Under the pieces are notes generated by a model that worked only from the letters and a program-made list of their open reading frames with translations, was not told the DNA's origin and searched no databases. This document shows positions 22,661-36,199 of a DNA stretch of 38,623 bases, in pieces. Each line of letters opens with the position of its first letter. Positions within the stretch are counted from its first letter, which is position 1. The stretch is from Welwitschia mirabilis (Eukaryota). Both the position numbers and the translations under genes were made by a program. The stretch spans positions 2,283,865 to 2,322,487 of the forward strand of contig JBOZIK010000001.1 in assembly GCA_051453625.1 (NCBI GenBank), read 5' to 3'.

Positions 22661-25600
22661 GCTAAAAAATCCATTCTTCAAACAGAAGATCATTATCAAT
22701 TCCTCACATTTATATTGAACATTTTCAAACATGTTAAAGTCATCATCAATCATTTAAGAATCTTTTGAGATTTAAAATACAATTATATCCTAGTTGGGTG
22801 CACTTTTGAGAGTATTTCAATTATATACATCTAGAAAATTTTTAAAAATAAAAAATAGAATATTCATTTTAACTATGAAAAATCTTTCTATCACTTTATG
22901 AAGTGGAAGTGCTAGATATGAGGTAGTAGTAGCTCAATGTCAAGATAGTCAAGATAATTTAAATCATCAAGGTAATTATAAATGATTGTAATAAGATTAA
23001 TAAGATTAAATTATCTTGAAAAGTCTCATGATTAAATTTGTCTATTAGCATAATAAAGTTGAATATAAGATGAATTTAATTATTAAAATGTTAAATGTTA
23101 AATTTCTTCAATAGAGTTTAGCCAATAATAATTTGATAGACTTGAAGTTAACAAGCTTACTTTATGAGTCAAGGTAGCATGGAGAAAGTCACACTATTAA
23201 AAATTTATTACAACATTAGTTATTTTACATCAGATAATGCATGTGCAAGTTATTAAATTATTAAAGTTTATGTTACTAAATCTATTTTTTAATGATTTAA
23301 TATTAATCTTAAATATATAATACACAATGAAAAAGCTAACAAACAAAAACTTAGTTCATTACAACAAAATCTGATATCAACTATAATAACTATAAGGTCA
23401 AAATTGAAACTTTTAGTGAGCATACCTTCCCTTGTAAGCACAACACTATGGTCACGTATATAAATGATTTAATTTTTCATAGCATCTCATAGTATGGTAA
23501 GTAAGGAGTCTAAAGATTTAAACTGATGACCTCCGAAATACAGAATTGAGTATTCCCTGAGTAAAACTACCACCACATTCACTGAATTACAATAATAGTC
23601 ATGTAAAAGAATAAACACCTAACCTTAACAATAAGTGATTTGAGGAATTTAAAGTACTAAATGCAACTATCTTAACAACTTACAATGTTTTAAGTGAAAA
23701 TGTAATTAAAATAAATTAACAACTAAATTAATAAAAATCCCTAATAATGCTACATTGTTTGATGGATAAAAATAAGAAGATAGCATTACATTACATTTAA
23801 AAAGTTAATAAACAAAAATAAGTAATAAAAGAAAATAAGAGATTTGAATTTTATTAATTAAAATGACATGACTTTATCAAAACCATCTTCATGTGGCAAG
23901 GCATACGTAACATTATTGGAGTATAATATGATTCTAAAATGAAAGATCTACATCTAGGATTACCACTAGGATTTTTGTCTTCTAGTTTAGGGGTTTATTT
24001 TTAGAGAAATACTTTAATAGGGCATGTTATCTTTATGCATTAATGCACGTTTAGTAGATAGCATTCATCCTACAAAATTAAAGAATTATTTTAAGGGGGA
24101 TGTCCTAATGTATGCCTATGAATGTGTATATGTTAATGTGCCATGTCCAGGCATCATTGCATAATAAGTAAGCCAAGAATGATGGAGTATATGTGACATA
24201 AAAGTCTTATATATGATATTATTGTATATTTGGCATGGTTTTTGTACAAAAATGACAAGCGTTTAAATGATAGAATTCTTAAATTAAAATTAACACAAAC
24301 TTTAAGTAGATTCTAGATATTGCATAGAACTTCTCTAAATGAATGTGCTTAACTTTTGAATCATGTCACATTACATCATTTATCTAGGTCTAAATCTATC
24401 AAGTCCCATTCAAAGGTAGGGTGCTTTGATGATCTCCACATTAAAGGAAGATAAACTAATCGTTAACATGTTGGACATCTACATTTTGCTGCTTAGTTAC
24501 ACATCCTAATAGTTAAGGTTTCCATGAATTTTTAAGCATTCAACAAAGTTATGAATGTAGAAAACTTCTCAACAACATGGAACCCTTAAATTTCAAGATC
24601 TTTTCCTTAAGGAAGGTAGATTTAGTTAATAAAATATATAAAAATAGATCCCTTAAAATGAAATTTAAATCAATTTTTTTCTTTTTAGTTTGTAAGTATA
24701 TATTTTCCCCATGACCAAAATGACACACAGATTCTGATATGGAAGAAAAATTAAAACAAAAATAATATTTTGGCATTGATATAAATTGAAAGAAACTTCA
24801 AAGAAACCAGAAGCGAATACTATAGAAATATTATGTGAAGGAAAGAATGTGCTCATGAATGTGTTGCCTTTGGTTAATAATCAAATAACATAATCTAAAT
24901 ATATAATATAATAAGCATAAAGTCAATAGATTATTGTGTTAAATAATTAAAAGATATAATATGAAATATAGACATGTCATTAAGTTATTTGATAAGTTGC
25001 TTATCCGATGTATTACCCACATAATGACAGCAAAGAAAGCATTGATGACACTTAAATTTTGATGATTTATTTGTCATCAAAACACACAATCTTATGTTTA
25101 TGTCTTTGTAAAAGTGGTGTTTGAAAGTGTATGCCTCTAGAATTATCAAGAGTGGATCGTCATTACAAAAGAACATGTTATCAAATATTTCTAAGAAGTA
25201 GTTAAGAAAATAAAAAGCTATTATTATATAGGGTTATGAAGGGTAAGAGTAATAATAATACCTTATAAATAAGAATGTTTTAATTGCTAAGTCAAATAAG
25301 TAAAATAAAGCATAACTATATTACAATAATACTATGCTAATGTATAGATAATATCACATTAGAGCTATTCATGAATAACTATGAAATAGAATCCCATGGT
25401 TTAATGCTAGCTATAAACTAAGACATAGCTATCCATTCATGGGTTATTTAGCCAATCTTTAGCCAACCTTTGATAAAAGAAGTCCCCTATGTATGTATAC
25501 ACAAGATCATCCTTGAAATGCAAAATAAGAAATGAAGAAAGAAGTGGAAAGAAAAAATATAGAGTTTCCCAATGAGAAGGGTAAATGGCAATGGATGCCT

Positions 25601-25704
25601 TTCTATTAGGTTTATGAACTCCAAATAGCTAATTATTAAGCTTTACAATTGGAGTTTTACCTATTATACATAAAGTGTATTCTTATGATGGAAAATAAAA
25701 TATT

Positions 25705-27300
25705 TAAAGAAGTGAAGTGCGGTAATGAATAAAAATCATGAATTATAATGAACACATTGATATTGAAAGATATGCATTTAAAATAGCTTAATGATTTAAA
25801 TATTCAAAAATAAATTTATACAAAAGTGTTCGGCATGTTTGCATAATTGCTTAAGATATTTAACAAACTTGATTTTAAGTGAATTAGGCATATTCGTGTG
25901 TACTTTTTATTAAAAATAAATTAACATATTAAATAATGAATAATTTGGATTATAATGTTTAGCTTACTTTTCTCAACATACTCCCCTTTACTATTATGCT
26001 TCACAGTTACATTAACATCAAAATGTGAATCAATGATGGAAGCACTAAATGATGAAAGCACCACATGTGAAACTTAGCTTAAAGGAAGATTTCCTTTGAG
26101 TGATCTTTCCAAATGAATCTATGCCTTTTATCCTACATAACTAAAAATAAGGCATTCTCCAAGTAATCATCTCAAGTAATCTACACCCCTTTCTTAAAAA
26201 CAATGAGCGAAAAGCTCAATCAAGTGAAGTAATTAAAACATGAGACAAATCTAAACTATACAAATGGGACACATTCAAAATAGGACTAACTTAAACTTAC
26301 ATGTGTATTTACCAACCCCATGAGACTAATCTAAACCTTCATCAATGGGAATAATGTAAAATTAATACTAGCCTAATAAAATAAGAAGGTTTATTCTTCC
26401 ATTTTAAAACTTCTTTTACAATAATAAATTTTTCAAAAGAATATTGATGGCCACCCTCAAACAATGCCTCTTTTAAAACTTTTCTCTTAACAATTTTTCT
26501 TAATTTTAAATTATCATGCTTCTAAGTATCTTTAAAAACATGTATCTTTTTAAAAAGTGTAGTGGAACCAAATAAAAGTAAAGATCATAAGGGCTTTTAA
26601 AGTCATAAATAAATCATGTTTACCATAACAACTCATTCATCTTAGGAAATCACATTAATGACATTGATCTTTATACCACAGTATCACCCACTTGTATATA
26701 CGCTCATTGTTCTTTATTCTAATGTTAAAGATGTATATTCAATTTAGTACTTAACTTCTTTATCACTATGATCTTCTCTGCCACAAACTCCTTACTTTGT
26801 AATGATTCCTATCATTCCTTAAAAGATAAGATCTAGATATTGTAGAATTGTAAGGAATGATGGTGAAAGAGGATACCTTCACATATAATTTTGATATAAT
26901 TTGTAAGAGTGAAGTTCAATAATGGAAAAAAATTATGCATGCTAACCAACCCTTAAAATATAAGACCTAGATATCGTAGAATTAGAATGATCTATGGTGA
27001 AAGAGGATACCCCCACATATAACTTTGATACTATTTGTAAGAGTGCAGTTCAGTAATAGAAAAAAATCATACCTTAAAATAATGCAATCAAAAAATGTCA
27101 ATGGCTTCATTATTCAAACAAAAATTTATATAATAAGTTCTTTTCATGTTTGCATGACCATTTAATAAATTTAAGAAACTCTATTTTAAGTGCATTAAGA
27201 ATACCCATGTACATGTTTTATTAAAAATAACGAAACATATTAAATAGGGAATAATTAATATTGTAATGGTTAACTTAATTTTCGTAATAGTATTACCACT
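25705..27300. repeat. Old dispersed direct repeat (~25705-25985 vs ~27035-27300)
   Basis: Shared ordered blocks: agtg(a/c)agt, aaaaatcat, tattcaaa..aaatttata, catgtttgcat, attttaagtg(a/c)atta, ttttattaaaaataa and aacatattaaata. Confidence 0.7.
26817..27071. repeat. Gap-free ~134 bp tandem duplication (26817-26950 / 26951-27071)
   Basis: ccttaaaa(g/t)ataaga(t/c)ctagatat(t/c)gtagaatt...atggtgaaagaggatacc...cacatataa...tttgtaagagtg(a/c)agttca occurs twice. Confidence 0.92.
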
Positions 27301-27899
27301 TGCCTATGATACATGACCTTCTAACATTACTTCAAATGGCAAAAGTCCTTTATTTCTTCCCCTAGTGATAGAAGGTTCATATAATTACAATGCAAACGTA
27401 AATATAAAACTATTTTTGGGGGGAATTAGAGACCCTAGAGAAAAACCATGCAAAACCACGTAAATTAAATGCTAGAAGATAAGTCCTACAACTAGAATGA
27501 TATTTTAGGATATTATCTATGTGACCTATAGATATTTTAACTAACAGGTCCTCGCTAAAATCATAGATATGATCCTAATTAAAACATTAACATGTAGGAG
27601 TCGCAATGTGGATCATTTGGTCTTTTGATTACTAGACACCCATGATTACAAATGATAATGATGCTAAAAGTATCCTAGTTTTCATATATTATTTAGTAAT
27701 TTTCTATGCTAGTACATTAATTTGTGTAATTTTTTATTTTCTTAAGCTATGATAATCCTTCCCTTGTTGTGCCAAAAATTCTATTTTCACAAGAAAGCAA
27801 TGGTAGAGGGTTACCAAGATATCCTTTCCACATAAGGAGTTTTTTAGAGCATGCATTAGCATTTCAAGCACTAATATCTAACTTGTTTAAGAATGAATG

Positions 27900-30030
27900 T
27901 TGAGCCTAAGGCAAAAATGCTATCTAAAGAACTCATGTTTCACCTTATTTAGTGGCTTTATTATAATATTTATCACTTGTTCATCTAGAGGATACTTTAT
28001 ATGAATGTGATCTTTTTACAATTATGAATTACTAAATTCTTTACCATGCGGATTGCAAATTAATTATTCACATCTAATTGTGTTGGCTCTTTTTGAGTTA
28101 GGATGATTGTCTAGCTTACATATCCAAACAACGTTTTTGAAAATTTTTGATGCTACTATATATTCCAATTCTATGAAAGAATTAACTAGATATTTTTTCC
28201 TCTTTGACCTCCCAAATATTAGTGAGTTTTCAAGAGCGTTTATTTACCATGTTGTCAATTTACAAGTGTCAATGTATCCTATAAGATTTTCATTTGAATA
28301 TGCACATAGTTTAAACTTTTCACTTTTAACACATAATATACCATACTATATTATGCCTTTTAGGTATCTCAACAATTTTATGTTTGTATTTTAAAGATTT
28401 TCTTGTAGATCCTACAAGAATATTGGTAAAATAGGAAAAATATACGTCTATATTAGTGTTGGTTGCTTAAATAAGACTTTCAACAAGTCTTTCATACAAA
28501 TTTTCATGACAGTTAGGAGGTGAACCTATGGTTGAAAGTTTAAGTCCTGCCTTCATTGGTGTAGAAATTGTCTTACAATTTTTCATTTGAAATTTTAAAA
28601 ATGTCATAAATGTACTTCTACTATGATACAAAATATCTTACCATCTTCTTGATAAACATTAATGCCTCAATAATACTTCATCAAATCAAATTTTAAAATT
28701 TCAAACATTTTAGTCAAATATTTCTTTATATTTCTAAATACGTATTCAATATTACTTACCATTAAAATATCATCGATGAATACAATTAAAAAAATGTGAT
28801 ATTACCTTCAATGCTCTTAATAAACAAAGTGAAATCAATGTTTGAGTATTCTCACGTTTTGTATCCAAGTTTTTAACCTTCTTAATAACTTATTATACTA
28901 AGAACATGATTCTTATATTAAGATATAAAGAGAATTTTCTACTTTATGCACCTTGTCATTTTGTTCATCTACCTTAAGAATGTTAGGTTCTGTCTTGTAG
29001 ATTTCTTCTTTTAAATCATCAATCAAAAAAGTTATTTTTACATCTAATTTATGCACTTTCAAATCTGGTTGAGTGGCTAATGAAAATAAAGCTCTAATTA
29101 TTTGATGTTTTGCTTTCAGTGTAAATACTTTCCTTATAGTCTATGATTTTCTTGGGCTTGCATCCTTTAACAATAGGTCATGACTTATATTTATTAGGAA
29201 TAGAATTTGATTTAAATTTGTTCCGAAACACCCATTTATTTGGAACAAGTTTCGTGACAAAAGAAAGATCAATAAGTTTCCATTTTCCCTTTTTTAGAAG
29301 ACCTATATACTCATCTTATATTACATATCTTTGTCTAGCATGTTAAATAGCTCTTGCATATGTAAGAGGTTCTTCATTAATAGAAATATGCAATTCAACA
29401 AGGTTTAACTCTATAAAATTTTATTACATCCTTGCTTGTATGCATTGTATGGGCTTGGGTTATCAAAATTAGTCAACTTTCAACTCTTTAAAAGATCCAT
29501 AGGATTCCATAAATATGATGATGAGTAGTTTTTCATCAAGTTTATATGTGGAATCCCAACGCTTACTAGATAACCTTAGTGAATAAATCATGTAGGAGAA
29601 AAAGACTATGAAAGTAAACAAAGATTCTTCTCTCATTATTTTAAGGAAAAAAACATTGGATTGTTCTCACACGTATCATTGTAAGATTTAATACTTTAGA
29701 GTAAGTATTCTTTTTTCCCCACATTCTATAATCTTAACATCAAAATATTGGTTATTTATGGGTTTTAGACCTCAAATTCATCATCTAGTTATTCAAAGAC
29801 ATTAGTTCATCATCTATTTTTGCAAACACCACATCATGATATAGAATTATGGTTCTTTTGAAAGGAATAAAAGATTTATAATCTTTTTGATCTTGAGGAA
29901 ATTCAAAAAAAATGCCTTGAAGTGCATAGGCTTTAAGATTTATAAGATGCTCAGAAAGAACATGAGAAAAATAAGTAGAGCTAAAAATTTTTAAATGACT
30001 TATATCTAAAGGCATCTCATAATGGCATAG
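27900..30030 (-). mobile_element. Degenerate Ty1/copia pol: post-integrase SH3-like region, RT (RVT_2) and RNase H
   Basis: DISHLKIFSSTYFSHV...QGIFFEFPQDQKDYK...IILYHDVVF (29785-30015). EEPLTYARAI...KWKLIDL...PNKWVFRNK...KYKS*PIVKG; VHKLDVKITFL..DLKEEIY; IVFIDDIL (YVDD equivalent, ~28763-28786); PTQLDVNN*FAIRMVKNLVIH...EQVINIIIKPL (RNase H). Confidence 0.92.
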
Positions 30031-31509
30031 TGAGGATCATTGAGCTTAAAGTGGTGAATGATTTCCATTAAATAAAATTTAACCAACTAACTAATAAAAA
30101 TCACAAAATAAAATCTTCACTAATTTATGTGGTTCTCCAGTCTGGGTACATTCACCCATGTAGGGTATCTTTCCTTCACACCTCTAGATATCCTTAACTT
30201 GCAAAACAATAGTTTAAGAGCACCACCAACCTCACAACTAACTGAGATGCTTCTCTCAAGGTAGCACCCTCTTCCCTTTAGAGATCATAGAAATCCAAAA
30301 TTCAATCATATTCTTAAGTACTTTATCCAATCATAAGAAGCACGCCCATGTAATGGTTTCCTTACACTTTAAAATCTCTAAGTCAGGGATCCTAGAGAGA
30401 AAATATTGATAATAATGATTTTGGACTTGGAAACATAATTCAACAAATCTAATAGTCCAATAGAGAAGTATCAAAAACTAGAATGAGAGAAGAACAAGCC
30501 TGAAAAGATGTGCAAAGTGTTATTTCTTGAGTTCTTCAATGTAGTCATCCACATAAATCAATTATTAGAGTTGTAGCAGTGAATAAGCATAAAGCGCTAG
30601 ATGTCTTTAGTGTATATGCCTTTTAGTTAAGTTTAAGAGATTTCAACTCCTATAGTTCCAAAAATGACTTTTCAAAAAGTTCTTCAAATCTTTTTCATTG
30701 TTTCTTTTATACTTCTAAGGTAATCTATTCTATTACCCTAAAGAAATGACTTTTTGAAGTAGTTTAAACATTGTTCAATATCTATAAATGGCCATTTTTT
30801 AACATCCAATGACTACTTTTATTTTACAACATTTTTTTGGGATAGATGTCTTTAATATCATAGACATCTTTGAGATAGATGTTTTCAATTTTCATAGACA
30901 TCTTTTAGGAAGACATCTTCCACATAATAGACATCTTTAGCCAACTTACCCAAATTCCAACAAACTTTAAACTACTAATTATTTGATCCTCTACCATTAA
31001 TAATTCATTGTGTATAACTTGCCTAGATCCCTAAAAAATGAGTAAACCATTATTGTTAATCTACTAATACAAACTATTACTTATTACCTATTTTAGTCTA
31101 GCATAGATGTTTTACTCATGACAAATGTCATTTCTTCTAATTTAGGTTCACTTTCAGCATAGATATAGTCAAACTTGTAGACTTTTTTCCATGTGATTTA
31201 GTCTTACTTTTAGTATAGACATCTTTAAAATGTAGAAATATTTGCTTCTGATTTAGGCTTACTTTTAGTGTAGATGTCTTTCTTATTTATGTATTTAACA
31301 TTATAGATATATATGATCAAACTCATCTAGTTGATAAATCTGTTGAGAAGATCTTATGTTGTGCCTTAGGATCTAATTTTGCTAAATATGATCTTTGCTT
31401 GCATTTGAGGTGTCATGCCAACCTAAGAGATATCTTTAGTACCTTGTCTACACATCAAAACACATTGCATTTAACAAGCAGAATAATCAAAAATAAGATT
31501 TTGCAAATA
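30031..31509 (-). mobile_element. Sirevirus-like (Ty1/copia) 3' LTR, ~1.48 kb
   Basis: The plus strand starts TGaggatc...ttaaagtggtgaatg and contains atttatgtggttc, like reverse-complemented Sirevirus LTR ends (TG...agaggggggtgaatag...tttatcgtggttc). The other end has gtgttttgatg on the minus strand and abuts a PPT. It carries an internal array of agacatct/agatgtct motifs. Confidence 0.65.
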
Positions 31510-32040
31510 ATCTTCCTCTTTTTGATGATGTCTAAAACTTGGTAAATCTGCTAGTGTAGGCTTTGATAGTTATAATTAAGATAGCACAAAATCAAAAATA
31601 AGTCAAAACCATGTTATTACTCAGCACAAAACATTTTACAACATCTAATTAGATCATGAATTTCATCCAAATAAAATTTTTATGATTAAAAATCATGATA
31701 AAAACATCACATGATATATCTAATAAGAGATAACCAGAATAAGTGCAAAAAAGCATGTAACATAATCATGGTAGATACATAGTCTAATAAATAATGAATT
31801 AAATTTTGATATAACAATGAGGATAATTTGTAAGACAACATCATTTGTGTAAAAACTCAAAAGTGATCATTAAGAATGATCTTGCTTACAAGATAATCCA
31901 ATCCAAATCTTAAGTCCACTACCTCTAAGATGCATAAAAATTTCTTAATGGATTTGCCATATTCTCCCCCTTTTTAGACATTATAGAAAGCCTAATCATT
32001 AAGAGTGGAATCACTGGTGTAATGATTTCCATTCTAGGTA
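31510..32040 (-). mobile_element. Sirevirus-like 3' internal region with multiple polypurine tracts
   Basis: Minus strand catcatcaaaaagaggaagat (degenerate catcatcaaaaagggggagat) lies next to the LTR. A second PPT, aaaaagggggagaa, is at 31962-31975 and is repeated at ~32528-32540 in the duplicate. Confidence 0.6.
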
Positions 32041-32926
32041 GAAAAAAGCAATGACGACTTATACTACGTTGACCTATGCTATGACATACTTGATTCTTCC
32101 CCTACCATTATTCATACCCTCATGTGGGCCTTCCTATTTTACGTACTCAATGTAACCATCATCATTCCACTAGACATTAGTAAGCACATCTCCCTCTTGT
32201 CATGTATTCCATCACACTTTTCATTGTTGTCATTACTCATTTACTCCATTTCACCCACATTTGTTATGTCATTCCATTAGCCATATCTATGTCACATTTC
32301 CTATGGATGTAATTGTTATATTTTTTGAACCAAAAAAAGAAAAATAAACAAAAAAANNNNNNNNNNNNNNNNNNNNNNNNNNNNNNNNNNNNNNNNNNNN
32401 NNNNNNNNNNNNNNNNNNNNNNNNNNNNNNNNNNNNNNNNNNNNNNNNNNNNNNNNAGATAATCCAATCCAAATCTTAAGTCCACTACCTCTAAGATGCA
32501 TAAAAAACTCTTGATGGATTTGCCATATTCTCCCCCTTTTTAGACATTATAAAAAGCCAAATCATTAAGACTGGAATCACTAGTGTAATTATTTCCATTC
32601 CCTGTAGAAAAAGGCAATGACGACTTATACTACATTGACTTATGCTATAACATACTTGATTCTTCTCCTACCATTATTCATATCCTCATGTGGGCCTTCC
32701 TATTTTACGTACTCATATATAACCATCATCATTCCACTAGAAATTAATAAGCACGTCTCCCTCTTGTCATGTATTCCATCACATTTTTCATTTGTTGTCA
32801 TTACTCATTTACTCCATTTCACCCATATTTGTTATGTCATTCCATTAGCCATATCTATGTCACATTTCCTATGGATTTAATTGTTATATTTTTTGGACCA
32901 AAAAAAGAAAAAGAAACAAAAAAAAA
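31891..32926. repeat. Direct repeat flanking a 100-N gap (31891-32356 / 32457-32926)
   Basis: Both copies start agataatccaatccaaatcttaagtccactacctctaagatgc and end in the A-run after tttt(g)gaacc/ggacc. Scattered substitutions. Confidence 0.93.
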
Positions 32927-35600
32927 CCTACATTGTTTCAAAGTCTTTCTTTTTAACTTCTTGAATTTTCCCTTTCATACTTTTCTTCTACCCTTCATGT
33001 TTGGCCAGTTCACCTCATTGTAACCTTTGGGTCCATCTTTATCATGAGATAACTTTTAAGTGGCTAAGTCTTTATCTCATAGAAAAGTGCATTTTGAATG
33101 ACTTCATTGAGATTCTTAATTTAGCTTCTAAAAAAAACTTAGGTTTGATGGACAATAGTTGAGACCACATCAATGATTATCGATATGCTCTTAGCATGAT
33201 AAAAGCAATTAAGTAGGAAGATCATCTTGATTAAGAGATGGCTCCTTAGTAGGATTTCTTGATTATGTCACTTCTTTATTTAATTGTCTATTTGTTTGGT
33301 CTTGCACTAATTTACATTAAAGATTTTATGAAAGTAGTTTTCCTACTTTGGGCTATTTACAGTGGTAAGATTGGATTTCATTCCATCTTAAGACATTTTG
33401 ATGTCTAGGACCTCTGATGTTTTGTCTTAGTATCAATTGTGTTAAATCTGATACTTATCTTCAATTGTAAGTCTTATAATTTACCATTTCAATGATCAAT
33501 TAATGTTTAAAAATAAAAAAAAGAGAAAAAGAAAAAAAGAATAATCTAAGTCAATTGGTTAATACTCGAAGAAAAAAAAAGACGTAAAAAAGAAAAGAAA
33601 AGAAAGAAAGCATGATGTCCTACTGCAAGTGCACTGGGGCAAATATTTGTGAGAGAGGCCTTTGGTAGTGCAATATGATAGCTATGGAAACTCTACCAAG
33701 ATGTTTGTTAGTCAAGATCTAACTTCGACTTATGAATCCTTATGCTCTTGGCAGTGGTTGCACTCCCCTCATCATGATGAACAATGTTTTCTAAACACCC
33801 CATTAACCTGGTTTCCCCATGACAGTGAAGTTATGACTTTACAAACATTTAAAACATATTGATTATTGGATAGTAAGTTAGTAAGGTTTTACTTGGTGTT
33901 ACAGCTGAAGATTGGATTAAGTTATCATCTAGACATTCTATTGATACTTTTTATAGGATAACCATAGGCATTGNNNNNNNNNNNNNNNNNNNNNNNNNNN
34001 NNNNNNNNNNNNNNNNNNNNNNNNNNNNNNNNNNNNNNNNNNNNNNNNNNNNNNNNNNNNNNNNNNNNNNNNNATGATGAACACTGTATTCTAAACACCC
34101 CAGTAACTTGGTTTTCCCATGACGGTGATGTTATGACTTCACAAACATTTAAAACATATTGATTATTGGATAGTAAGTTAGTAATGTTCTACTTGGTGTT
34201 ACAGCTGAAGATTCGATTAAGTTATAATCTAGACATTCTATTGATACTTTTTATAAGATAACCATAGGCATTGTCATAATCAATGCTCTTATCACATGAT
34301 ACTATATGNNNNNNNNNNNNNNNNNNNNNNNNNNNNNNNNNNNNNNNNNNNNNNNNNNNNNNNNNNNNNNTTTGCTAGGCTGGCATCTAAAAGCATCAAT
34401 ATTTTTCATACCCCTGTCTATCCAGTCGTTTCTTGTTTTTTTGGTGTGTAATCAATTACCTCAAAGTCATTTTTGCATTTGTAATTATTTGCTTGAGACT
34501 AACTCCACTTTTCAGTTAACTTATTATCTTTTGGCATCCATTCCCTATCACCACCCCCGTTCATGCCCTTGTAATTCTACAATCATCTATTTTCCATCAA
34601 CATCACCTCTCATTCTCTTTGCTTTACTTACCACCCTCCTGCATCCTAATCTATTCTTGTCCCTTTTTATAATTATGGTTAGATGTTAGGTATCCTTCTT
34701 GTTTCTCATTTTTTGCATTTGTCTCTCTCACCTTGTCAAGTTACATCAATATCCCTCTGTTTTCACATTTGCCCCTTGGACATTCATTATTTTCATTGCT
34801 TCCATTTTGTTAAAAAAAATGGAACTAAAAAAAGAGAAAAAAAGAAAATAAGAGAAAAAGAGAAAAATTCAACAAAAATGAGAGATAAAATTCAAAAAAA
34901 AAAAGAGAAAAATAAAAATTCAAAAATAAAAATCATTATGTTTCTCGAACATATGAGAACTCAAAAAGGAAGCGTGTGTTTAGTTTTGTTTTAATATGGG
35001 ATTTCATTTCACTCACCCTCACATTAAGAGGGGACAACTATGTGATCATTTTTACTACGTATTCATCATTACCTAACATATAAAAGACAGAAGGGATGAC
35101 TAAAACAAAGTAGCACAGAAGCCAATGAAGGTAACTAATGGCAATCAGAACGTGAACATGGAAGATGCTCAAAGAAAACAAAGGCATCTAAAAAACTAAG
35201 GGGAACTAAGAAAAAGAAAAACAAAGATCACGCAAGCAAAAAGTAGGAAAGAGGGGCGGCAAGATAAAAGTAGGAAAAGGAGAAAAAAATAAACACAGTG
35301 AGGAGAAGATAAATGAGAGAACAGGTGAATCAGAAAAACACAGCAAGAAACTACAACGCAAGGGACAGCGTTCATAGGGATAGAAGTACAAAATAGGCAG
35401 AAAACGGAGCAAGGACATCGACGATTAATTTAAAAAAAATTAAAGATCACATAAACCATGAACAAACAATAGAAAGACAAACACATAAAGCCTACATTAA
35501 AGAAAGAGAATCATTCAGAAGGGCATTGACAAAAGAATGACATCAAATTTCTTTATGACCCCAAGTACCAAATTTCTATTTTAATGATTCTATAAATTTC
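32040..35600 (+). mobile_element. Possible Ty3/gypsy 3' non-coding region, PPT and start of LTR
   Basis: Long non-coding region with alternating pyrimidine-rich and A-rich tracts. It ends in PPT-like ttaagaggggac (35024-35035), followed by TGtgatc at 35041. No coding motifs seen. Confidence 0.3.
33774..34273. repeat. Direct repeat flanking a 100-N gap (33774-33973 / 34074-34273)
   Basis: atgatgaaca...ctaaacacccca...acaaacatttaaaacatattgattattggatagtaagttag...accataggcattg occurs twice. Confidence 0.93.
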
Positions 35601-36199
35601 AAAAAAATACGTTTTTTTGAAATTCTTCCCTACAATATACATTTTAATTGGTTGTTTTTTTAAAAAAATTATTCTTTTATTACCATCTAATTTATATCTT
35701 AAGAAATTCAATAGAAGTTTTAGTTTAAGAGTCGAGCATAATAATCTAATATTTATTTCATCATACGTAGTTTAATATTTCTTTGAACCCCTAAGGCAAA
35801 ATGTTACTTAGCAATATGAAACTACAAATAGAATGTTGCCACAATTCAATGATTTAAATTTGGTATTCAATTCACTAATTCATATTTTTATCACACAAGT
35901 GTATTGAATCATACTTTCATATTTGATAGAATTGACATTATCCAAAATAGTTTGCAATATAGATTTAGGACATATTTTGGTAATTTAGCCTAAGAAACCT
36001 TATTTTCAAAGTTGCCTCCATGTGTGCATTAGTATTCTTACACATTAGAAAATTTATGTTTATTCATCATTCATCTTGACTTGATTGCATGTAATAGTAG
36101 TTGCATATTTTTCTTTATTTAAATCGAGATAGAAGATTGTCATTAATTTTTGGTTTCTTTCTTTTCCAAAAGCACTTTGCATTTGGGAGCAAAGAAAAT

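Noticed and set aside
30841..30940. CRISPR-like regularly spaced repeats
   Set aside because: The units are only ~9-10 bp with short irregular spacers, there are no cas genes, and the context is a eukaryotic LTR.
32617..35418. Hydrophobic or Lys-rich ORFs (32617, 32769, 34306, 34683, 35206)
   Set aside because: These are low-complexity translations of pyrimidine- or A-rich non-coding repeat DNA with no domains.
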